NCBI RefSeq assembly: GCF_963921235.1
Contig: NC_086108.1
Span: 42,658,001-42,722,000, forward strand
Direction of reading: 5' to 3'
DNA from: Mobula hypostoma
Taxonomy: Eukaryota
DNA: 64,000 nt
Both the position numbers and the translations under genes were made by a program. Positions 25,101 through 37,100 of the stretch are shown one piece after another (the stretch's first letter is position 1; each line of letters begins with the position of its first letter). The notes under the pieces were generated by a model. That model made no database searches, was not told the origin of the DNA, and worked only from the letters and a program-made list of their open reading frames with translations.

Positions 25101-28100
25101 TGTAATCTTCACTGACTTGGACCCAGGCACTTGGTATACTATAAAAGCCCATGCTTTGGATGCCAATGGCATATCTGGAGATGACAAGATAAAAGAACAA
25201 GTGACAAGTAAGAGAAATTTTTATTTTTAAAATGTACTTTTTCATAAGGAACTCTAATTCACTATTGTAACGTTTATATTTTTTAATTCTAGGAAGTTTT
25301 TATGTAGAATTTTTTTTAAGTTGGTTTGTTTTGGTAAGGGAAGAACAATAAATTCTTTCTTTTAATTCTATAAAAAATTCTTTTGAAGAAACACTATATA
25401 TTAAAATCTTTTGGTAGCTAAATGAGCACAGACAGGAATTGTGAAATGGATGTATTCAATTTTGCAGCAAGAAATGGGGAGGGAAAAAACGTGGAGGAAG
25501 TTGAAATCAAAGATGAGAATTTTGTCATCAAGGTGCTGATTAATATGTCAGCATTCAGGGTGATGGATGAATAGTATCTGGTACAAATTTGCATACAGAA
25601 GCAGATATCTGGAAGATGCCAAGTTTACAGTGGGTAGGTTAAGAAAGTTAGTCAGAAATACATTGGAGTTCTCAAGCCTAGATGTAACAAAGACAGGGCT
25701 GCTGATTTTAGAAGCAATTAATCCCACAAGCAAGGTATTTCTAAATGCTGTAAAGGTTAGACAAGTATACCATTTCAGATGCCATTGGCAGCAGGTGGGG
25801 GTGGGGTGGTTTGGGGAATGATGACTTGGGGAGAACAGCAGAAGTGAGATCAGTAGTGTTATGATTGGTTCTGTTGGTCAGCAGGAAAGACCTGACAAGG
25901 AAAATAACGGGATATGTGATTCAATAGTCTGCAGGGTGGTCGTACAGATGTCTCTGTGATGGTGAGCATGACTGCCGGAAGATGTTTTACATCTCTGGTG
26001 CCCTGGTAAAAGATGTCACTGCAGAAAATTGTGCAAAGTAAGGGTGTGCAACGGAAGTCACGGTATTAATGACATAGGCAGAAAGCAATGACAGGGCTGA
26101 GGATTTTAGCAACAATCAATCCCCCACGGAAGATGTTTCTGAACAGTGTAAAGGTTAGACAAGTGTACCATTTGGAAGATGAATTGGGGAAGATGATGAC
26201 CTGGGGAGAGCAGCAGAGGTGAGATCAGTAATGCCTCTAAGGTGGTAATCTCAGGATCATTCCCTGTTCCATGATGTAGTGACTACAGAAACACGAACTT
26301 GGAACCACTAAATACATGGCTAAGGAGCTGGTGCAGGGGCAACGCTTTGTGCCTGGATAACAGGAACCTCATTTTTTGGGGGGAGGGGTGCTGATCAACC
26401 TGTGTAACGATAGGTTGCATCTAAACTGAAGGGGGTATCAATATTCTGGCAGGGAGGTTTGTTAGTGCTGCTTGGTGTGATTTTAACCTTGTGATGCAAG
26501 AGGGAGGCCTCAATACGACAATATGGTAGTGGGGGGGGGGGAGAGAGAGACATATAGTTAAGTGGGCCTAGCAGTCAGAGATGGAGTACGTGGGGAAGCA
26601 CACAAGGGCTGGTACACTTAGCTGATTTACTTTAATGCAAGGAGCCTTGCAGGTGAGACAAGGGAGTTAAGATTGTGGATCAGCACATGGGATTATAACA
26701 TGGCAATCATGGAAACATGGCGGAGGGAAGAGCAGGAATGGTAGTTTGATGTTCCTAATATTATGGGGATATTGGTTTCGAGTGTGACGGGGGTAGGGGA
26801 AGGGTTCCAAAAGGGGAGGAGGTGTTGCACTGGTCATCAGGGAGGGCAATACAGCGGTATTCATGGAGGATATCCCAGAGGGATTGGCAAATGAAGCTAT
26901 AGGGATAACACATAATGTATTTTGGCTATAGGGGTGTAACTTAGAAAAAAAAAGAAAGGCCAGTTACTTTATAGGTCTTACACTCTAGGCTTTCAAATGT
27001 GAGTGTGAAGAAAAAATATGTACACAAATAGTCGCAGGATGTAAAAAGAATTGGGTTATAGTAGAGGGTGATTTTTACATTCCCACCCAATATTGATTAG
27101 GATTACCTTAGCGTAAGGGGCCAAGTTAGAATGTAACATATAAATCTGTATGAACCACCCCCCCACCCCCCCCCAACGATTAAGACCCTATCCCCTGCTA
27201 CTCTCTTAGTCTGACCTTAGCAGCAGAGCTATTCACAGTGCTTCATGCCAAAAGGCAAGAAAATGGAACTGGTCTGGATGGGAATCCCGGTCTTCATGTA
27301 CGAGTTGGGCCAAAGGACTGGTTTTCATGTGATATGACTCTAAAACATGGAAATCAGCAGTATGGCAAATTAAAGCAATAGATTTGCAAATGGTTTGGTT
27401 TGGTTCTGACACATAACAAGGGGAGATGTATGGTGAGGAAAGATAGGGACTGAAGATAATGGCTTCCTAAGATGTAGTTGGATAAAAGTTTTGCTTATCC
27501 AGTATTGGACGTTGGACAAACAATCAGACACTTTGGAGACAATTGAAGAGTTAAGAGATGGGGTCTAAGATAAATCGGGGCATCAAAAATTTATATGCAG
27601 AAATCAACAGTGTTTTTTGGATGACGTTGCTCCAGAATCTTCTTTTGGACAATGAAAGGGGATAAATTATGTAATCTTTGGTTTATCAATGGCAATGGCG
27701 TTTGACTTGGTAGATAAGAAAGGAACTGAATGTGTGGGTGGTCATACCCTGCTAAACAAAATGGGACCAACAAGACATCTGCAGTCTTCTACTAATGGCT
27801 TCCTGTTCATATAACTTAATTTGTTTCACCATTGTTAATTCTGCTGTGATTGTTGTACCAAATAGGCATTAAGAACATTAGGAAATTTGATCATTTCAAT
27901 TTTACAAAGGACCGTAGGGAGAGACAGTGAGATTTGAAAACCAAAAAAAGATTAACTGGGAGCCAATATAGGTCAACAAGTGCAGACTGATGGTTGAATG
28001 AGAATTAGTACAAATTAGGAAATGAATAGCAGAATTTAGTGCTGTGCCAAGCCCTAAACATTGGAATTTTCCTCATAAGTCTCCCTATCTTTGTCTCTTT

Positions 28101-31100
28101 TAAGATGAACCTTAGAATTTAATTCCATAACCATGTTTTAGTTCATATCTTCTAATCGCTTCTGATGAAGGCTGCTGTGAAATTTTGTTTAATAACACTC
28201 CTGTAAGTTAGCTCATCTTCAAAGTACAAAGACAAGTTGTTATAGATTGGTTAAATTAACAGATTTTTAAATATGTGAATGACTTTAGAAATGCCACACA
28301 ATCAGGAAATCAAAGAAAAAAGGTTGTTTCACGGGAATTACAATTATTTTTCAGGAACAAAACTAATTTACTTGGATGTTTTTATTTCAGGACCACTTGC
28401 TCCAAAAGCAGTACGTGCAGTTCTCACAGTTGATTCACTGAGTAAGTCTCTGGGAGTTATGGTTACTTGGAATGCCTCAGAAGGCTCAACTACTTATGTT
28501 GCTGTACCCATTGAGAAATCTCGCAGCATTGTCCGGAACTGCACATCAAAATCCACGTCCTGTGTCATCTCTCCTATCCAGTGTAGTATACAATATAATG
28601 TCACTGTTGTCGCCTTTAATGAAGCGGGACCTTCTGACCCTGCATGGCCTACTGAGTTCACTAGTGGTAAGTACACAGATACAGTGAAAAAATTCTGCTA
28701 AACATTTTCAGTGGAACCAAAGTAGGGTTGTATCTTTTTTCTTTCATATTCGCCATTGTTAAGTATTTTAACTTTCAATTACTTAACAATTAAAGTACTG
28801 GCAATCTGTAAACCACTTAATTTGTACAATTAAGATTGATTATCATTTGGAAATAAACAGGTATTTGGAAATAAACATGTAATAGATATACACGATTTTT
28901 AAAAAATCAGTTGAATTTTTATTTGTCCCCACTTTTTTTAACCTTCTCTGCAGACCTTCTGCATCAATAGGGTGAAAATATTACTGCCATGGGCATTTCT
29001 ACAAACAAGGCATTGTGGTGTTGGTGGGGAATGCTGATCTAACAAGTAACTAGGTCACTGGAGTATAGGAAAATTAAGTATCCATGGACGCAAGAAGAGT
29101 AAATGAAATATAAGTAGACATACTTCCTTATCTTTTTCTACCAGAAGTAAAATTAATGCAGAAAAGAAACCAATCCTGTATGCATATAAAGAAGATGGAT
29201 AATAGATTTCCCCCTTTGAGATTGGACAAATGTGGTCTCTATTGGAAAGCAAACTGAAAATGATATTTCAGACTGGTGGCCTCAGAATATTGAGAGTTCC
29301 TCCATAATGGAGAAACATACTGCATTAGAAATTATTTTCCTGTCAGAGTCTTGTTGATAAAGTAGGACCCCAACTGGCATTTGTCCATTGGCTTTTGCCT
29401 GAGTTTGGCAGAGTCCTCAGCCCTCACTGAAAACAATGGCAATATAAATCAGATCGACAGAAATGCGGTGAGATTACTTACCTACTGCATTCTCAATCAA
29501 TGTTAAATAATAGCTCAGATGAAATATATTGCACTTTTACTAATAGGACATAATATGCTTTGAGTATATTTTTAATGAGACTTCCATTTACTCTTTGTTG
29601 CAGTACCTTGTAGTCCATATGATATTACAATTAAGGAGATGCATCCAGGGAACTTAATTGTATCCTGGTCCCCATCCACTCTGATTGATTACTACACTGC
29701 TTTTGTGAAAAGGGATGATGGCCTGGAGGTTACCTGTAACACTACACTTAAAAGATGTTACTTCCAGTCAGAATGTGGATTCACGTACTTTATCAGTGTT
29801 TTCTCCTACAACAAAGCTGGTCAGAGTCCTCCAGGCAATGTTTTAAATTATACAACGAGTAAGTATTACATTCATAGTTATTTGTAGCTAGAAAACATCA
29901 TACTAATTATTACTCTGTGCCTGTTAAACTTTTTGAAGGTGTCTTGCCATTGCTTGGACTAAAGAATTTATTCTTTCTCTCCTAGTGCCATGTTGTCCAA
30001 CAAACGTTAAAACATTATTTGTCTCGAGTGATACCATCGAGGTGAAATGGGATTCAGTTCGTGGAGCTGAAATGTATGAAACCAAGGCACAAGATAAAGG
30101 CTCAACAGTATTCTGTAATGACACTTCCACAATCTGTACCTTATCTGGATTGAAATGCAATACACAGTACAATGTTACTATATATTCTTACAATGATATC
30201 AGGGGATTCAACAATTCATGTCACAGAAAGTCAATCACAACAGGTAAATGTACAACGTGTGCAAAAGACCACTTAAAATTTATAATTTGGGTCCCATAAA
30301 CAAATTAATTGAAAGTCCTGTGATATGTAGAATATAATTCTTGAAGAGATCCAAAAATAAAATCCTGCAGATGTTAGAAATCTGAAATAAACCTTATAAT
30401 TCTGAGAATGTTCATTCAAATGTTGCTGTTATGCTTGATTCAAAATTGAGAGGCGAAACAAAATTTGAAATGAATGATAATAGATTTCCCTTTAGGTATA
30501 CACACTGGTTGTAAGAATCTGTAAACGTATGTATTACACTCAGTTTAATTGGTGATCGCTGAAGTTAAGTGATGTGAAATTTATGTGAATATCTAAGTTT
30601 TAAATTGCTGTATTCTTTAAATAGGACCATGCAGTCCCAGAATTCTGAATATTACAAAGATAAATCCGAACACAGTTAATATTTCATGGGAACAAAATAA
30701 CATTAATGCACAGTACAAAGTGTTTGTTTTCGGAAAGGCTGGAATCAGATCCTGCAATAGCTCTGGATGTTCTTGTGAAATCGCTCACCTACCCTGTGGA
30801 TCCACCTTCTCCGTCAGTGTAGTAGCCACTGCTCCAGAAGGAAGGAGTTTACCTAGCTACAGCATGCCAGTGGAAACAGGTAAACAACATTTGGGTGTTT
30901 GGAAGGTAAGCTTTGTGTGCAGTGTCGGTAGCCGAAGTAGTATTCAATATTCTGCATGAACTAGTAACTGGATTTCTAAATTACTGAACTATAGAATAGG
31001 AACGTCACCTTGTTGCAGTTGATGCCTTTTGGGAATTCAGGTCCTGGTAGGGTCACTCATGGCGGTAAGGTCAACAGGGAGTTTCTAGACAAAGAGTAAT

Positions 31101-34100
31101 CCAACCAATGGTGGAGCCGGTGGAAGATGATGACACATCACAACTGCAGGAGAGGAGGAAGGCTGCAGCAGTGAAGTGTCTCCAGTTGCCTTGATCGTGC
31201 CACTGGACCCTGCCCCAATCTGCCAAGAGCCATAAGAGCATAAGAAATAGGAGCAGGAGTAGGCCATCTGGCCCATCGAGCCTGCTCCGCCATTCAATAA
31301 GATCATGGGTGATCTGGCCATGGACTCCTCTCCACCCACCTACCTTTTCCCCATAACCCTTCACTCCCCTACTATGCAAAGATCTATCCAAACTTGTCTT
31401 AAATATATTTACTGAAGGAGCCTCCACTGCTCATTGGGCAGAGAATTCCACAGATTCACCACTCTCTGGGGGAAAGCAGTTCCTCCTCATCTACTTCCCC
31501 AGATCTTGAGGCTATGTCCCCTAGTTCTAGTGTTGCCTATCAGTGGAAACAACTTCCCTGCCTCTATCTTAGCTATCCCTTTCATAATTTTATGTTTCTA
31601 TAAGATCTCCTCTCATTTTTCTGAATTCCAGCGAGTACAGTCCCAGGTGACTTAATCTCTCCTCGTAGTCTCACCCCATCCTCTCTGGAATCAGCCATCT
31701 GGTGGCTGTCCATGCACCAGTCTCCCCACCTTAAACAAAGTCACACACCAGTGTTTTCCTTGAAGGGAATCTACCCTAGCAACCTGGATTAAGTTTTGTG
31801 GTGATTAGGAAGTTCTGCAGGGGCAGGATTGTGTGCTCTGGGCTCATGGACTGAGGCAGAAAGAACACTTACCCCAGTGGCACCCAAAACTGAATAGCCC
31901 TATTTACGATCCACTCTGCTCACCCTACCCGGGGAAGGGGCTGGAAAAGGCACTCTGAAAATAGCTCCCCTTGAAATCTCCACACTGGATCCAGAGGGAT
32001 CACCATGTGCAGTAAGAAACAATGCAACGTGACCTTTGGAGCCTGGAATGTGTGCTCTCTGATAGAGAGTGCAATCACTGATCAACCAGAGGGCAAAACT
32101 GTGATCATCGCCAATGATGGCTGATTGACCGAGCTGCTCTTTCTGAAACCCACCTGGCAGACAAAGGACAGCTAAGGGAAGAAAAGGATGGTTACACCTT
32201 CCCCTGGAAAGGGAAGGCAGCTGTCAAGCCCAGGATCTTTGGTGTTGGGTTTGCAATTAAAAAAACAGCTTGCTGGTCAACTCTCTGAACTTCCCATGAG
32301 AATCAGCAAACATCTCATGATGATCCATTTGCTGTTTGCCAAGAGCCAGATGGCAACCATTGTGGGAGCTTATGCACCAGCTCTGGACTCGCATGACTAT
32401 GAAAAAGGGGCCTTCTACACTTACCTAGACACAACATCCCCAAGGAGAGTAAGGTAATTCTCTTAGTGGACTCCAATCCCAGGGTCAATCAGGTCTTCAT
32501 CCTTTGGAAGAGTACCACAGGAAAGGAAGACATTGGGAACATCAGCTCATGGAGTACTACTTCACACCAAGTGTGCTGAGCACAGTCTTATCATGAGTAC
32601 TATCTTCTGCCAGAAAAAAACAAATTCATTGCAGCACCCATGATCTAAACAGTGGCATCTCATTGACTATATCATCGTCTGATCCAGGGACCACCATGAT
32701 GTGAATATCACAAGGGCCATGATTGGCACAGTTAGCTGCTGAACAGATTCATCACCATTTCCACCTCTCCATGTCCATCAGGCTCAGGAAAAAGAGGAGG
32801 GTTCATAAGAAGCAGACCAGGCCAAGACTAAGTTGTGAAAGCCTACTTGACTCTGCCACCCAGCATCACCTTCAGGCCTTGTTTGGGGAAAGCCTCCAAC
32901 AGGAATATCTGGAGGATATTAAAGAATGCTGGGGTCTGGTTAAATCCACCATCCTTGATACCTACAAAAATATCCTTGGGTACAAGTCCAGAAAAACATC
33001 AGGATTGGTTTCATGATAACAATATGAAGATAGAACACCTTATCTTCAAGAAAAGGAAAGCCTTTTGTACCTGGCAGAATGGCCTCAGCAGCAAGGCCAA
33101 AAGAAGAGCTTACTCCAGAACCAAGGTAAATGTCCAGCACAGGATGATGGGGCTAAAAAACTCAGTGGATTGAGAAAGCCCTGGAAATACAGAGACTGGC
33201 AGAATTTCATGACCTGAGAGGCTTCTTCAGGGCCACTAAAGCAAATGACTTTGGATAAATCCCCTGAACCCAGATGATGGGCAGAACTTGCTAAAGGATT
33301 GGAAGGAAATTGATGGAGAGAACCCTCTCAAGAACTTAACTACAACAATCCTGCTGAACCGGTGGTTACTAAACAAATCCTCCAGAAACCTGTGAGAAAA
33401 GACATGGGAGAACCTCCCAGTATGGAAGAGGTCCATGATGCTCTTAAGAGCATGAAAAGCAAAATATCATTGGTCCTGATGGGATCCCAGCAGAGATCTT
33501 TAAGGAAGGAGGACCAACACTCCTGCACCACATATATGCCTTGGTCCTGAAGGCCTGGAGAAAAGAACAACTGCTCTCAGCTCAGGAATGCTCGAATAGT
33601 GATAATATTCAAGGATGGAGACAGGGCAGATTGTGACAACTACAGAGGCATCTCCCTCCCATCAACAGCAGGCAAAGTGCTTGCACGTATCCATGTCGTC
33701 TGACTCCATCCACTATCTGGTTAAGTACTCCCTGAATCACAGTGTGGTTTCCACCTGTCTAGAGGTACTGCAGACATGATCTTCACAGCATGCCAATTGC
33801 AGGGAAAATATCATGAAACAGCAACCCTTGTACTTGGCTTTCACAGATCTGACAAAGGTATTTGCTGCACCAGACCTCCGAGCTCTCTGGTGTATACCAT
33901 GACTGTCCTGACAATTACTTGCTAATACTGAGGCTAATGCATGAGGTGTGTCAGCCACTGTACTCAGCAGTAGTGGCTCTGAATTCGAACCTTTTCACGG
34001 TCAAGACAGGAGTCACATGAATGCATCATTATCATTGCACCCACCCTATTTGCAAACTTTATTGCTGTCATTCTTCATCTCATTGGCCAAGACCTGCCAA

Positions 34101-37100
34101 AGGGAATCCCAATCATCTATAGAATGGACAACAGGCTTTTCAACCTCAACCAGTTCAAGGTCAGCACCACCACTATCATGGAGCTTCAGTAAGCAGATGA
34201 CAATGCCATCATTGCACACTGAAGAATTCCTGTCATGTATCCTGAATGTCTTTGCCAAAGCATATGTCTTGTTTTGAATAAATATAAAAGCAGACACAGG
34301 TCCTATAATAGCCACTGGCTAACCAGCCATTTATCCAGCCCTCCATTACAGTTAATGATATTATCCTTGAAATGTAGACCACTTTTCCCCTCCTTGGCAG
34401 CACTCTCTCCTCAAAAGTGGACCTCGGCTCAGAGTTCAACCACACTTAAGCAGTGCTAGTGGAGCCTATGCAAGATCAAGGAAAAGAGTCTTGAAGATTG
34501 CAACCTGCAGGCCCAAATAAAACTTCTGGTATATAGAGCAGTTGTCTTTCCCTCATTACTGTATGGAGCTGAATCATGGACCACCCACAATAGACACCTG
34601 AAAGCCCTGGAACAATACCACCAAAGAACCTCACAAAAGATTTTGAGGATCACTGGAAGGACAGACACACTAACAGAACTGGAAAAGGCCAATAGAACAG
34701 CATTTCCACCACAATGAAACAACACCAACTCCGATGAATAGGTCATGTCATTCAGATGCCTACCTCGTATCTCCCCAAACAGATCCTTTTCTCCCAGCTG
34801 AAAGAAGTCCCTGGTGGGCAAAGGAAATGCTTCAAAGATAACATCAAAATCAGCCTTGAGAAATTAAACATTACATCTAAAAACTGGGAAGACGTTGCTC
34901 TCAATAGATGCACATGGAGGAAATCTGTTCAAGAGGAAGCTATGCTACATGAGAGCGACCTCCGCTGTGCCACAAAGAACACGGCAAAAGGAGTGAACGA
35001 ACGATCAAATGACCCAACTGCTAACCATAGCCACCGCTTACTTGTGCCCACACTGCACCAGAATATGTGGATCCTGGATCAGCCTCAACAGGCTCCTGAG
35101 GACCCACCAATGGACAACCCATTGCAAAAACACCTTGGTCAACTCAAGTGATTGCTGCAACAACAACAGAGTTGGGAACGCTTATCCGAGTTGATATTAA
35201 GTAAATTGAAAAAACAGAGCTGATCTCACTTTTGCTGTATGAAAGGAGAAAATTATCCCAGGATTGCTGCTTCTATTGGTTTGCTAAATAGCTCAGGGCA
35301 GCACAGTGATTTGTCCACATAAATATAACTGATGCTGTTGCATTAACTAAGGAATCTGTAATGCTCAAAGTGAAAACCCATCCTCGATTTGTTTGCACTA
35401 AACATGAGAAGCTGTGTCATTTACTCTATTGTACCAGTTCTGCTGATAGCAATGTAAATGGATCTTGCTGCTGCTCACATAGTCCATGCCCAGGGCAAGC
35501 TACTGAGGATGAACGTCTTTGCATTTGTAATCCAACGTAAAATCTTCCATTGCTCTGCTTTCCCCCCACACCCCTTGGATAGGCATAAAATATTCTATAG
35601 CATTATCTGAAAAAGATCAAGGAGGTTCTCCCAGTGTCTGCCCAACAAGTTTCCCTCCACCAACAACACTGGAATCACTTGTTACCAATATGGGACTACA
35701 CTTTATAGAAATTGTATTTTATATTTTGCTACATTTCAATAATTACAATGTTTTTAAGTAACTTTGTATGGCCTCAAGACATCACTGGACCATTGAAAGT
35801 GCTGTACAAGAGGGCCAAACAAAGTGAGAGCTGTTCAAATTTTGAACATGTTCACTAGGTTTATTCTGAATAGTAAAATGAAAAACTAAGATTCCAAAAA
35901 ATTGTTTTATGCTTGGATATTAGTTTATTACCAGTGTAATTTTTATCAGGAAAAAATGAGTACATTTCATATGAACACTTAATTAATCTGGACTGAAATA
36001 TTGTTGAGTCAAAATCAATTAATCCCTTTCGTGTGCAATAAGTCTGAAAATGAATTTCAAAGGCAATGTATAAAGCTCTGATGCTAAATTTCCGAACACT
36101 TGCACTTCAATGTTTAATTTCATCCTGATCTTTTACATTATAACCTGACTTCAAAGTATGATTTAAGAACCTCAAAGGAATTTCCTAGTATTGAATATTA
36201 GGGGGAAAAATAATTAGAAGTAGAAAGTTGCAACTTGAGCTGTAATTTTTCTATTCTTCTAGCACCCTGCTGCCCTAATAACTTAATGGCAGTACAAGTT
36301 ACACAGTCAATAACCAATGTTAGCTGGACTCCTGCAACTGGAGCACTGTCATATACTACACTCCTGGAGTCACCCAAAGGACAAGCCAAGTGCCACACTG
36401 GAGAAACCCACTGTCTTCTTGGATGTATAACCTGCAGCACCAACTATACAGTGTCTTTACTTGCCATTAGTGAAACCGGAATGGTATCAGAGTGTAGGTA
36501 CCAAGGATATTCATCCAGTAAGTAACACAAAAATTTGTCTTGTATTATTTAGATATTACTTTCAATTATTCACCATGTAGACGTATTGTATGTTGTTTGA
36601 AAAGCAGTCCATTTTAAGGTCATAGCCTGTCGGGTGGCTTCATTGAGATTGAACTTGGTGATCGCCATTTGCAGTTCTTTTAATAACTGCAGTTCTAGTC
36701 AGGCTGCCTGAGCTGAATATTCCATTTATACCCATGGCAGATCTGGGTCAGTACCACTCAAAGCTGGGTGTTGATGGAAAGAGAACCAATGATCCTAGTC
36801 CCATAGATGTCACTACAAGATTGTTGCCCAGCATCCATCACTGCTCTAACACAGTCGGGCTGTGTGTCCATTTAAAGTTCAGATTGAAGTCCTATGACAG
36901 CAGAGGGGCTCTAATCACTATTCATGTGCTGAGCTATTGCAGTGTGCATCGCGTGCCAGGTGCTGCACAAGTTTGGGTCAGACATCGATGGTGGTGTGAC
37001 TCAACAGAGAGATGCACATCATCTTTAATGTGGAACTGGAAGGATGTGATCACAAAGCAGCCACCTCCTTGTCGTCCTTCCCAGAAATGATATTCTCCCC

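Noticed and set aside
28160..28190. CTGATGA...GAAA hammerhead-like spacing
   Set aside because: No convincing helix II or III, no cleavage triplet and no Penelope context.
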